From NCBI GenBank assembly GCA_965113315.1, contig OZ220372.1: a DNA stretch of 64,000 nucleotides; one strand, written 5' to 3'. This DNA comes from Podarcis vaucheri. Its lineage: Eukaryota. Position 1 is the stretch's first letter, and the number at the start of each line of letters is the position of its first letter. Shown in pieces: positions 1-12,587 of the stretch. The notes under the pieces were generated by a model that was not told the origin of the DNA, searched no databases, and saw only the letters and a program-made list of their open reading frames with translations. The position numbers and the translations under genes were made by a program.

Positions 1-2295
1 CAAGGATTGACAGACAGCAGTGGTTCCCCTTCTGCTCTCTGCCCCTGATTCCGCTCTTTTTTAACTGCATTGTAGGTTACACATCGTAGTTTGAGTCTTT
101 CTGCATTTGAGCAGCTAGAATGTAATGGTGTGCCCTCTATATATAGGGCCTACTTAAGGCTGACTTGCTTATTATCCAGTTGTTTGGGGTTTTTGGGTGT
201 TCCTTGCCATCCCCTCCCCGAATCTTCTGGCTTGGCAGAGTTTTCACTGGAGTATGGCCAAATAAGAGAGTCTCTCTCCTGCTACTTGAAAGTGCTCCTG
301 CTGTTTCTTATCTTCACCAAATTACAACCCAGATGAGAGTTGGGGGGGGGGAGGGGGTCTCAGTGTTGCTGGGAGTGTCCAGAAGATCTTGGGTGTGTGT
401 AATCCCCTGCGGCAATATTCTGGAAGCAGTGAATATTAAGAAGCCTCCTGAAAGGGAAACAGCCCTGACCAAAACTGCTGGTTTGAAAATGTTTCTGGAC
501 CTTCAACACAAGAAGTGCTCATTATTTACTTTGGCTGGCCTGTGTACTTGGGCCCAGTGCAAAGGTTTGCTGTACTTGTGGGGAAATGGAATTGGTGACT
601 TTTGTGGGTCCATGATGCATGTAGTGGCGGGAGCTGTGTTTTGCGTTGCCATGATGGTGCAGATTGCAGGAGTAGTGTGCTTGCCCCACAAGTTGTACCA
701 GTCGTGCCTCAGTACTATTAGGGATCAGCCTTAGGTCTATCACAACATGAAGATACCTTTTTAAGTAGAAATCTGATAATCGTGGTGCAAACGGTTTACA
801 CATAGTTAAATGATATTCAGTGCATTTGTTTTCCTTCCCCGCTTTCCTACCTAAAGATAGCTCTTTAAAAGGTGTTGCCTCTCTGGTATCTTAAAAGTAG
901 TATGCGTCAATATATTCAGTTTCTTTAAAAACATCAAATATAAAAGATTATGTTCGATTTTGCGGGCTTTGCCTGTATGATGTGTACTTTAGTTTTACAT
1001 AGGACTGCACAACAGTCTGTCAGTCTTATTTTAAAGTATTCATTATGTTTTACCTTTTAGCTGACATTATGAAATTTTCTAACATGTTGAGGGGGTTTAC
1101 AGGCTTATGTTGGCCCTACTGTGAGCTTGAGAAGGAGCACCATGCATGTGTTGGAAGAACACATGTAAAATTCCATATGTGTGCGTGTGTGGCGATCCAG
1201 ATTGGCCTAGGATTCTCTCCCCACAATCCTGTTGGAGGCACTCCGTCCATACGCTCCTTTCTCATGGTTGTGAGGCCTTGTCGGTGTGCAAGTAAGTGTT
1301 GAGGGGGAGGCTAGCCCATGCAGTCCCACAATTCCTCCATGTTGGGTTTAAATGTGTGAGGGCTTTTGTATGACCAACGGCTTGCCCACGCCAAACCACA
1401 AGGAGGATAGCTGTGGATTTGAACTTGGGGTTCCTACATCAAACTTCCTACATCAGTTGCAGATGGTGAGGTGGGGTGGCAGTGCTCATCTTGCCTCCTG
1501 AGAGCTGACTCACTGCTTCTTCCCAAGAAGAAGAGGGGAATGGGTGACACAGCAGGGAGGTTAGTGTGGTGCAGGCACACTGACGGGAAACTCACTTGGC
1601 TTTGCCCATGTGTTCGCACCACACTGGCTTTCCCATCACCGCAGCCCTCTGCTCCCTAGCCAAGTGCAGCCCTTCTGGCCTCTCTGTTTGGCTGTTGGGA
1701 CTTTCTGGGGGCACACCTTTCTCCAGCCTTGCTTTGTACCCTCCTTGAGTGTTTTTGCCTGGTTGGAATGTGATCTTGAACTCTGATAATGCTTGCCTTT
1801 GCTTGCCTGGATGGAGGATAGAGAGGGAAGTGTTGGCATGTGCAGACGCTAGCCTACTGTACAATGGTAAAATTCACTGTCAACACTTTTACCACGAATC
1901 ATAATGAATAGAATGATCTGAAACTATTTGAATATATATAAGCAACTGGGGGGAAAAACCCACTTTGTGAACTAGAGGCTTCATTTGTCAACACTCACCT
2001 TCACAGTCCTCATAAACAATACCTGCTTCCTAAGGTAATGAGCAGAATAAGTATTAACCCATATTAATGGGTGCTTAAACGGAGGATTACTGTCCAGCCA
2101 ATTAGCCTTGTGAGAAGCCTGTGGCTAGATTAGAAGTGGAGCTGAAATAAATAAAGTAGAAGTCCCCCCCTTTTTATTAAGTTCATTGGACTTTATAAAT
2201 TAGAGTCATGTACATGCATGTTTACTTGGAAGTAAGTGCCAGTGTTATTGAGTGGGCATTTCTTCCACACAAGTGTAGGATTGCAGCCCTAAACA

Positions 2296-3030
2296 CTTAC
2301 CTTTCCCGCCCTGACCTGGCCACAGTGATCCATGCGACAGTCATCTCCAGGCTTGACTCCTGTAATTTGCTCTACGCGGGGCTGCCCTTGAAGCTGTCCC
2401 AGAAACTCCAGCGGGTGCAGAATGCTGCAGCGAGGCTCCTCACGGGGTCTCTGCTATGGGAGCATATTCACCCAGTGCTTTTCAAGCTGCACTGGCTGCC
2501 GGTGGAGTACAGGGTCAGATTTAAGGTGCTGCTTTTGACCTTTAAAGCCCTTCACAGCCTAGGACCCTCGTACCTATGGGACCGCCTCTCCCGGTCTGAC
2601 CCACGGAGAGCCTCAAGGTCCATAAATAGCAACACCCTAGTGGTCCCGGACACTAAGGAAGTTAGATTGGCTTCAACCAGAGCCAGGGCCTTTTCAACTC
2701 TGGCTCCAGCCTGGTGGAACTCTCTGCCTCATGAGACCAGGGCCCTGCAGGATCTGATCTCTTTCCGCAGGGCCTGTAAGACAGAGTTGTTCCGCCTGGC
2801 CTTTGGCTTGGAGCCAATTTGATTCCCTCCCTCCCTTTCTTTCTTTTTTCCTTTCCTTCTCCTCCTGCGATGAGGCTACATTTTAATGTTTCCATATTTT
2901 AATGTTGTATTTTAATTTTGTTTTTAAGTTGTAATCATTCAATTTGTTTTTATTATTGCTTGTAAGCCGCTCTGAGCCTGGCCTTGGCTGGGGAGGGTGG
3001 GGTATAAATAAAAATTATTATTATTATTAA
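2296..3030 (+). mobile_element. 5'-truncated L2-clade LINE (ORF2 C-terminus + 3' UTR)
   Basis: Peptide ISRLDSCNLLYAGLP...LQRVQNAAARLLTG...LHWLPV...FRRACKTELF; conserved 3' stem-loop and (TTA)n tail. Confidence 0.9.
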
Positions 3031-4308
3031 TTGATGTGGAAACAGTGCTTGGATGATGCACCAGAATTCACATCATGTTTATGACATCCGCGTGATGCAA
3101 TCAGAGAGGGCTGGAGTTGAGCTAGGGTTCAAAATCCCCCCCCCCCCGGACAGTCTTCCCCCAGCCTCTCTTTCAGCCTGACCTGCCACACAGGGGTTTT
3201 GTGAGGATAAAATGAAAACAAACAAATATCCATTTATGTCGTTGAGAGTGAAAATCTACAGTAGTATCGTGGCTTTTGTTTGTGTGTAATTAGAATTGTT
3301 TGAAAGTACTGATTTCACCCAGTTGCCTTACCATGTTGAACTGTGTTCGCCAGCAGGTTACTTCTCATTTGAAGATTGGGTGGTGGTGGACGTGTGTGTG
3401 TGTTTTCCCATCTACACTGCTGATAATGTTCACAGTCCTCTTGCTTCCGATACTTTTCCAGTGCAGGCCCATTTGACTAGTTTAATGACATACCCTGCAA
3501 AGGGAATTCAGCTGTGAAAACTCCTTGCGATGTTGTGAAGTTGCCTCTTCGTTCTTACCCAGATGAGCAAGCTGACTGGTATTTTTTGGTTTTGTCTCAG
3601 TCGAGGGAGGGTGGCTGTCTAAATTATATTTCTTTTTCCAAATTGTAAGGGAAAAAGTGATCATAGCTGCTGTCATGTTCTATTTTGTGTCTCTGTGTTG
3701 GAATTTTCCATAAATGAGTCTTGCCATCCAGATAAATCTTGTGGTTGTCTCCTTGTGCTGTGCATTGTTCCTCTGTGGGCATATAGTCTTTTTCTCACAC
3801 GTGTAGCTTCCCAGATGTTCCATTTGTTTCTTTGGCTGTTGATTGGAAAAGAATGGATGCCAAAGCGCTTAAAATTGCAAGTAACATTTCTGATAATTGT
3901 CCAAGGGAAACAGGAGCTATGAGGTTAACTGTCCTGAAAAGACATGCTTCATGTAAAACAGATCACAGCTATATGCCTTATCACTTCCCTGTTCATGCAA
4001 AAGGTTTGTCTGTATTTAATAAAATCCTGTAATACTTGGCAAATCATCCTGTGAAGTGGAATATGTGATCTGATTGCCCAGAAAGCCAGGGGCATGCTCC
4101 GTGCTTTATGGAGCAATTGTGTTAGTCAGGGCTACAATTGGTGTTAACAGTGTGCAAGGTCCAAATGTTATGGACATGTGCCACAAAGTTATGGCTCCTT
4201 GGCATCTGTCCTTGAGAGTTTGGAAACGCAGCTCATGGTTTCATAATGTATATGTTAATAATAATAAGCTCCAGTGCAGCATTGGTGTACACATGCTGAA
4301 CATGATTA

Positions 4309-4550
4309 CAGTGGTACCTTGGGTTAAGAATTTAATTCGTTCTGGAGGTCCGTTCTTAACCTGAAACTGTTCTTAACCTGAGGTACCACTTTAGCTAATG
4401 GGGCCTCCCGCTGCTGCCTTGCTGCCACCATGCGATTTCTGTTCTGTTCTGTTCTCAAAGTTCTTAACCCGAGGTACTATTTCTGGGTTAGCGGAGTCTG
4501 TAACCTGCAGCGTCTGTAACCTGAAGCGTCTGTAACCCAAGGTACCACTG
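4309..4550. mobile_element. Tc1/mariner (Tigger-like) MITE
   Basis: TIR CAGTGGTACCTTGGGTTA at both ends; TA target duplication; same family as 53999-54222 and 56193-56410. Confidence 0.9.
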
Positions 4551-4883
4551 TACTGTGTAAAGTGTTTAGGAGGGCTAGTGCTAGTTAAATACCAGTGTGT
4601 TTTGGCCACTTGATACTGGTTTACAGTACATAGCTGAATGAGGTTAAATCTCTCACTATTGTGGTTCCCAGCTAAGTAGAACAGGGTATTGAACTGCAGC
4701 ACTATGAAGATGTCTCAGATTTTTAACAGGAGAATCTTTATAAGGTTTTGTGTAGAAAGAAATTAAAGTTAAATATGTTGGTTTGAAGTGCAGATGGTTG
4801 CATGGTTCTGCCTCTACAATACTTACTTCAAGGAGCCCCCCTTATGCCCCCTTTCCTCCAAGGAACGCAAGAAAGGTGTACCT

Positions 4884-5019
4884 CAGGCATCCCCAACCTT
4901 CGGCCCTCCAGATGTTTTGGACTACAATTCCCATCATCCCTGACCACTGGTCCTGTTAGCGAGGGATCATGGGAGTTGTAGGCCAAAACATCTGGAGGGC
5001 TGCAGGTTGGGGATGCCTG
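4884..5019. mobile_element. Palindromic hAT MITE nested in a minus-strand MIR/CORE-like SINE (~4845-5160)
   Basis: TIR CAGGCATCCCCAACCT; 8-bp TSD GTGTACCT/GTGTACAT. Confidence 0.88.
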
Positions 5020-5599
5020 GTGTACATGGTTCTTGCCTCCGCATTTTATCCTCGAAACAGCCTTGTGAAATATGATGAACTGAGACAGTGGCTGGCCCAA
5101 GGTCACCCAGTGAACTTGGCTCAGTGGGCATTTGACACACTGACCGTTATACCACACTGGTGGTGGGGGAAATGCTTAGCTTTTGTACACAGAAGGCCTG
5201 AGGATCCATCCCTGGCCTTTTTACAGTTGTAAGGATGTCTGATAGCATGATTGGGAAATATCTTTGCTTATGGTTGTGGAGAGCTGCTCCCAGTTATAGC
5301 TGACATATATAGTTATAGCTGAGGTTGAATGAACTACTCTTCCAACTTGGTAAAAGGCAGCTTCAAATGTTAATATGGAGGGGGCCACTTAGGACCAGCT
5401 GGTTTACAGAAACAGGTCAAAATGTACACCCAGGTGCTGTGATGTGAAAGCCCAGCAGTGGAACACCTCAATCATCCTTGGCAGGATTCTTCCAGTCTTG
5501 TGGGTGGCTTACAGTTGAATTACTGTGCTGTTAGGCTCCACTGAAAGCTAAAGGTGATTCAAGAAAATATCTTTAGGAGACTAGCCATGGGAGATGGAG

Positions 5600-5937
5600 G
5601 TATATTAGCTTTACAATTTAGTATTCCACACATTTATCATATAAAAGAAAAATAATTAAAGAATCCAAATATCCCCCCCCCCCTTATGACTTCCCTCAGC
5701 TTCCCTTTCTGGTTCTTTGAATATTTGCTACTTCTGCTTAATTTCCAAGTTGTTGTTTCTTAACCTTTACCTTTGTTTTCTGAATTGTAAGTGTTTACTC
5801 AAACCCTACTAATGAGTCCAATTCTTTACGATGTTTCTGTAAATACAGCATAAACGGTTCCCAGTGTTTTTAAAGTCTCTATTGTCATTGTCTCTAAGTC
5901 CCGCCCCAACTTGATACGTATTTTATTTCCATTAAAA
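5600..5937 (-). mobile_element. L1-like LINE 3' end, cut by the assembly gap
   Basis: The minus strand gives KHWEPFMLYLQKH (ORF2 C-terminus-like) followed by a 3' UTR with a GGGAAGTC motif. Confidence 0.6.
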
Positions 5938-6073
5938 NNNNNNNNNNNNNNNNNNNNNNNNNNNNNNNNNNNNNNNNNNNNNNNNNNNNNNNNNNNNNNN
6001 NNNNNNNNNNNNNNNNNNNNNNNNNNNNNNNNNNNNNNNNNNNNNNNNNNNNNNNNNNNNNNNNNNNNNNNNN
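5938..6073. other. Assembly gap (136 N)
   Basis: Run of N. Confidence 1.
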
Positions 6074-6790
6074 TAGGCATCCTTTGTTTTGGGATGCGGC
6101 CTGTCCTATTGTAATCCTGGGATGGAAGAATCTGCATGACTGTGTTCCTGACTGCACTGGAAGCTGTGGAAGAACAGGACCCATTTTTTGGAGCAGACAA
6201 TGGCAGCCTAGCTCTGAGCAACTCCAGTCAAGCCTTACGAGGAGAATAGGAATGAAAAGGTGTGCTGATGCTCACAACATTTCTTCTTCTCTTAATGTAT
6301 TTCTGTCTACCTCTCACACATTTTCATGTGTGAATGCTTTGTGTTAAAACAAACTATTTTCTTTCTTTGGGTCCTGCAAGTACAAAGATGTTAAAAAGTG
6401 TTGCAATTTTTGCAGTTTAGATATTGCTGTAATAACAAATAGCAGGCATGTGTTCACTGTCTCACTGCCAGTAGCATAAATGGATTTTGCCCTAGTTGTC
6501 TTGCAATGTGATTTTGCCCTGGGCTTATCCTCAAGATAAGAGATAATACAATTGGCTTCTATTTCCAAGAATGGTTTTGTAAACCCCTTACTTTAAGTAG
6601 CTTTGTTCAACGGAGATAACTCAATTGCTTTTTGCTCTTCTGTGGGGATTGTTGTGAGACGAATGCTTAAAAAATATTTTTATTCGGAAAAGCAAACCTG
6701 CCTCATGATTTTAGTAAAGGGTCGAGAGGAACAACTGAAATGTGGTGCTGGGTCAGGAACAAACCTCTGCACTTTCAAGGTGCTTGGGGC

Positions 6791-7484
6791 CAGGGCCGGT
6801 CCTTCCATGAGGCAAGGTGAGGTGACTACCTTGGGTGGCAGTATACAGAGGGGCAGCAAGTCCGGCCTCCAAAGCACGGTTCAAAATTAGCGGGCACCAG
6901 TTGCATTTTGTGATTGCTGCCTTTGGCACCTAGCATCTCCACCTCCCTGGCCAGGTGATTCAGTGCCTGGTGGCACTGGGCAGGGCAGACTTATCTTTTG
7001 CTACTGCACTACTCTGCAAAACAGATGATTTACCCAGTAGCGCAGCAGCTAAAGACTCGTATTTGTTTTTTGCTGCTGCTGAGCAAATCAACTATTTTGC
7101 TACCCTGCAGACCCCGTGAATCACCTGGCAGGAAAAAAAAATTGCTGCTGTGAATCAGGTGCTTGGTGGGGTAGAGTTCAGACCCCCGATTCACCCAGCA
7201 GCATTTTTTATTTATTTTTTTGCTATGGGGCTGCCTGGTCTGGTAGCGGGGAAGCATTTTTTTATTTTTTTTGGTGCCCACAACCTAGGTCCCAAGAGCC
7301 ACATGGCTCCTAGCATTCCCATCCCAGTTTCTAACACTGCTCCAAGGAACTCACTGTGTGTAGATTTTCATTCTTCTCCTTGTTCCTGATGTAGAGCTTC
7401 ACCGTCTCCTTCTTCTCTGTCTGGGGTGTGCATGCACCATTTTGTGGTTTGCCTCAAATGCCAAAATGTCCTGGGCTGGCCCTG
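6791..7484. mobile_element. Non-autonomous hAT-like DNA transposon
   Basis: Ends CAGGGCCGG / CTGGCCCTG; 8-bp TSD CTTGGGGC/CTTGTGGC; related fragment at ~47356. Confidence 0.75.
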
Positions 7485-7937
7485 CTTGTGGCAGCTCAGA
7501 AAGCAGCACAGAAAAGAATAATCTCTGTTCTCTTCTTAAGTATAGTTGAGGCTGGGAGCGGTAGATCGTCCCTGCAGATTGAAGGCCCCTCAAACACAGT
7601 GTAACTGCTGGAATGATCCCTCTCCACATCTGTGCTTGAGAAGAGGGCTGGGGCAAATATATGCTTGTCACTTGGTGCTTCAGAAGCCCTTAGAGTGCCT
7701 CTGGCATGCAATGCAACTATGGGCTTCCATCTCAGGAGATAAGATCCGGGGGTGAGTAGGACTGTTGCATGATGAATATAGCAAGAGACATTGTGAACCC
7801 CAGAAAATGGGTATGCAATAAATTAAGAATCTTGTCCTATGTACTTTAGCCCCATATTTTCAGCTCTGTTTATTTGTTATGCAGACCATAAATACTTGAT
7901 GCAGCATAGTTCTCAAGATGACCACAGCAGAACATAG

Positions 7938-8058
7938 TGGGTGGTATTCAACTAGGTTTTACTCAGAGGAGACTTATTGAAATTAATGGGCCTAGCTTAG
8001 TCATGTTGTTTAATTTCACTGGGGCTACTCTGAGTAAAACTTAGTTGAATACCACCCA
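7938..8058. mobile_element. Short fold-back MITE
   Basis: TGGGTGGTATTCAACTA...TAGTTGAATACCACCCA with palindromic interior; second copy at ~26427-26547. Confidence 0.8.
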
Positions 8059-9166
8059 ATATATATGGACATGTATTGTGCCTTTTAAAATAAGAGTATA
8101 ACAAAGCCTATAATTGTAGTTTAGAAATACAACCATATTTGAAACAGCTTCATTTGTACAGACTTACATATGACTTACTGTTTTTTCTCAGTCCTGAAAA
8201 CATTCACTTTTGCAAACAATTTTCTTTTTCTTTTTTGTATGAAAAAGTGTGTTTGAATAGTCAAAGAATGACTGTTGGCCACTTACCCTGATAAACTGCT
8301 GTTCTGAGCAAAGCTGGACCTTCAAACTCTCCTTTATGCCTTGGAGTGCATATACAATCCTGCCAGTTTTGCTTCAGGCTGATTGTATTATTCCTGTCCA
8401 AACAGTTCCCAGCATGCGAGTAGTGTTTAATTTGTACAGCAGATCTAATTCTGAGTTACTCCTTTAAAGCTGAGACTGGTTGAAATGAAAGGCAATTATG
8501 GTTAGCTTGAAACTGCTTGCCTGGTGTAGAAATAAGAAAGATTCTTGCAATTACTTTTATTGTGATGAGATCCCCTTGAGAGCAAACCACTCTCGCGGGT
8601 GTCTCAAAACAACTCTGACTGAGTGCTGCTAACATAAAAAGCAGATTTAAACATTTCAGCTGTTGGGCATTACAACAGCTGTGAAATAGACCATAACTGG
8701 AGGAAAATCCACTTGAGCGACAGTTTGCCTTCATTTACTCAGAGGAAATTCCAGTCCTTCATATGGGTAGCACAGTTCTACTTGAGGGCAGTATTTGTTC
8801 AGTTGTTTTTTTGGTTTTTTAAAAATGATTTTATGGGTGGAGGTTGTTAAATGAACATTGCAAATGCAATGCAATACTAAATGAAAGTTCAACAGCATGA
8901 ATCGGTAGCCCAAAGCATGGTATTTACAGTAGCTTTGCCTGCAAGCTCGCCAAAGCACCTATGCTTGATTTGCCAGTCTGCACACACACCTTTGTCTTTT
9001 GGACATGTTTGAAAAGCAGGGCAGAAGACTTTGCATCTTCATCATATAGCCTTGCAAATAGTCTGGGAAAAGCCCTAGCTAACCAAGTTACCATGTTACC
9101 TATGCTATTAAGAGTGAAGGGCAGAGAAAGAACCACACTCCTACTATATAACGTCTTTGCCTAAGT

Positions 9167-9302
9167 CAGTGTTTCCCAAACTTGGGTCTCCAGCTGTTTT
9201 AGGAATACAGTTCCCATAATTCCTGACCACTGGTTCTGCTAGCTAGGGATGATGGTAGTTGTAGTCCAAAAACAGCTGGAGACCCAAGTTTGGGAAACAC
9301 TG
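9167..9302. mobile_element. Palindromic hAT MITE
   Basis: Long TIR CAGTGTTTCCCAAACTTGGGTCTCCAGCTGTTTT; perfect 8-bp TSD GCCTAAGT. Confidence 0.92.
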
Positions 9303-9688
9303 GCCTAAGTGGTTGGAAGCTATTCATCTTGGGTAATGTCAGTCTTGATTTACAGTAATAGGTAGTTGGAACTTGTGCTGAACTTAAGTTATGTAAAGAA
9401 ATAAAGAGGCGTGTATCTTGTTAATCTTTTAGTGGATTGACACTTTAGGTGGGATTGGGGAACCTGTGGCTCTCCAGATGTTGTTGGACTACAACTACCA
9501 TTATCCCTGAGCACTGGCTAAACTAGCTTGGGCTAAGGGAGTCCAGCAACTTCTGGAGCACCACCATGCGTTCCTCATCCCTGCTTCAATGTGTTTCAGT
9601 GTGTTGAAGCCTGTCCTTTTTACCCAGAGCATTTTCTGCTCCATTGTCTTGGATACCCCTGAAATTCCACAGAGTGCCTTGGGTATCA

Positions 9689-9805
9689 TTGTGTTTAGGA
9701 CCCGTGGGCAAAAATTGCATGTGCAACTGAATGATTTCTAAGTGCAGGTGCTGTCCTTTGCTATTTGTAGCACATGCAATTTTTGCCCACGGGTCCTAAA
9801 CACAA
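9689..9805. repeat. Perfect 36-bp inverted repeat with 45-nt spacer
   Basis: 9689-9724 TTGTGTTTAGGACCCGTGGGCAAAAATTGCATGTGC is the exact reverse complement of 9770-9805. Confidence 0.95.
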
Positions 9806-11853
9806 GGATATTTTCAAACATCTGACATTGTCCATCTGGCCACTAATAAATCTTTTTGTCTGAATCAAAGTCAGTTTGGTTTGGGATAATAGACTGAGGC
9901 AATGGAGCTACAATATCTGTGCTATTAATTGAATCTGCACCATTGTTGGTCATCAGTACCTTATCTCAGTTATCCTCAAACAACTCTGCAAGGTAGGTCA
10001 ATGTTAATCCCCATAGTACGGATGTGCAGTTGAGAGAAGGGGGTTTCCTCCTAAGTGTGATCATTATAGAGATGAGATCTGAAAGAGACTAGTCTCTAAC
10101 GTGCTGGATGAGTTTGCACATCACATTAAACCATAGCTAAAAGCAAACTTTGGTTTAACTCATTGCACAGACTGCTGCTGCAATGCTGTCTTGCTCAGCA
10201 GCTCCACCTGTCCTGCTGTTGCCAGGAAACAAGCCATATTCTGGCTGGTCATAATGTCTGAACCTAGGCTCGTGTCTCTCCAGACAAGCCATTAGCTGTA
10301 AGCCAAGAACAAACCTTAGTTACCACTCATGGTTTGTCATAAGCTTGGTTCTTGGAGTGGGGGAGGAACAGAGAACATTTGAGCAGCTTGCACATTCACA
10401 TTAAACTGTTGTTTGTTTTGAACTGTTGTTTAATACGATGTGTGACCAGGCCTTTCAATAATTTAATAGACACTTTGGCTTGCATTGACTTGTAAGAAAA
10501 GCCCACAGATATATGCTATGAGCTGACCACTGTGTGAATAAAAGCATCAAGCAAGTTTCGTGTAGTAAGTTACAAGGGCACACAGAAATTGGAAAAAGCA
10601 AACCATCTATAATGATTCTGTCAAGGGGCATCAGCCTTAAGAGAGGATTTGACAGATCTTTCCCCCCTACCACTGGAAACTGGCTTGTAAATGTAACTAG
10701 TGACACTGTTTAATTGACAGCGTGATGCTGGAGAAGTTTTGGGGGCCATCTGCTAGCAGCCAGGATCACGAGGCAAAGCTTATACAACAAGAAGCAGCCT
10801 AGAGACACTGGGATGCTTCACAGGAATCCTTCAGTTAATTTAGCCTTTTAGGCTTTAGGGAATTGCTCTGGCTGGTTGCTTGCAATTACTTCACAGTGCG
10901 TCAGCTATACTTTTAAAGCTCACTGAGCAACAGTTCATAGAGATCAGTTGCTGAATAAAATTCTGTGGCTCTTGAGCCCTGTCTTAGCATGTTTGTTTGC
11001 AGTTTAACAGGAAAAGGGTGGGAAGAGAACCTGTGACCTTGTGGAGCTGAATCCTGTGGTCTTGTCACTGAGCACATGATTTTTTAAAAACAAGGGCGCA
11101 GTGGAATTCTCACCACACGTGTATCCATTAAATTTCTTTTCATCAAACCTATCTCCAAAAACCATTTGTGTACTGTATGGTAGTAGTGAGAGCGGAGAGA
11201 CAGCTCTGTTTGATGATCATAAACCTTATGTTTGAATTAACAGTACAATGAATCATGATAAAATGTGAAAGGATAATGTCGTCCAAACAAGATGTCTTTT
11301 ATAGGGAATCCCTGATGGTGTATACAGATGTTATTGGCATGGGATTCAGTGTTACACAGTGATTCCATTTTGTTCTCCTGGTAGTTAAACAATGTCAGCC
11401 GCTTTTGGCAACTCCATAGAAAACTAGCAGCTACTTTGTGGATGGACAGAGGTTGTGTCCTAAGCAACTTACGGTAGATTTTGAATAGTTATTGCCCTTC
11501 ATTCCTGTTTAAGGTATTTATTTTTAGTAAGTGTTTACCTTTTAGAACAAATAAAAATGGGCTTAACCCACATAGCTTGCCTCACAGTGTAGGGTAAATA
11601 TTCCAAAATAACTGCAGTAGCGTTGTTTTTGGCTGCCACCCACTAACTGTTTTCTCCAAAGCAGTCTATTTGAAGTCTGTGGGATTATCACAAGACGAGT
11701 GAGTAGGTTGTAGCTAGCAACCAAAGCAGTGCAGGCTTTTTCTTCTCCTCTCATATATATTGAGAGAAACGGCCCATGGGAACATTTCAGGTTTTGATTC
11801 TGGAGTTAAATTTGCATTGTTTCTCCTGTAATTTAAAATTCTGACTCCAATTA

Positions 11854-12587
11854 CCGTATTTTTCACTCTATAACACGCACCCGACCATAACACGCACGTA
11901 GTTTTTAGAGGAGGAAAACAAGAAAAAAAATATTCTAAACGAAACAGTGGATATATGATTTTTGTGGTTCATTCTGTGGCCACAGACATGTGATCTGACA
12001 GTGAGTTTGGAGTAGCCCAATGCAAAAATCCTGAGGATCCATGTGGATCCATGCTTTGTAACCATGTTTTTGCACCACTGCGGCCCCAGGCAACAGTGGG
12101 TGCGTGATTTTTTTGGTGCAAGATGTAGCCATGGACATGCTATATGATCTGATGGTGAATTTGGGGTGACCCAGTGCAAAAATCCTGAGGATCCATGTGG
12201 ATCCGTGCTTTGTAACCACGTTTTAAGTGGGGAGGGAAGGAAAAGCACTCAAGGGACAAGGAGCACGCGTGGGGTGGGTGGAGGAGGATGCTGCTAATAA
12301 TGAAGAAGAGGGGTTTAAGGGGAGAAGGCTCCTCTCCTCTCCCACTTTGCTCCTTTAAAGAAGCAGGCTCTCTGTCCCTCTCTCCTCCGCACTCAGCGGC
12401 TCTTCTCCCGCTTTGCTGTTTCAAAGCGAGCCACGGAGGAGGGAAGGAAGGGGAACCATGGATCCTCTGCTCACGACTGCTGCAGATCCTCACCACCACC
12501 CGTAGGCATTCGCTCCATAACACGCACAGACATTTCCCCTTACTTTCTAGGAGGAAAAAAGTGAGTGTTATGGTGCAAAAAATACGG
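11854..12587. mobile_element. Tc1/mariner-pogo type non-autonomous element with internal ~154-bp tandem duplication
   Basis: TA-CCGTATTTTT...AAAAATACGG-TA ends; the block TGATCTGA...GGATCCATGTGGATCC repeats at 11991 and 12145. Confidence 0.85.

Noticed and set aside
165-734. 189-aa ORF at the window start
   Set aside because: No recognisable homology, atypical composition and no ATG at the called start.
2208-2822. 204-aa ORF as a host gene
   Set aside because: It is the L2 ORF2 C-terminus fused to an upstream MITE remnant.
11955-12225. CRISPR-like or regulatory repeat array
   Set aside because: Only two units, inside a MITE, in a vertebrate genome, with no spacer structure.
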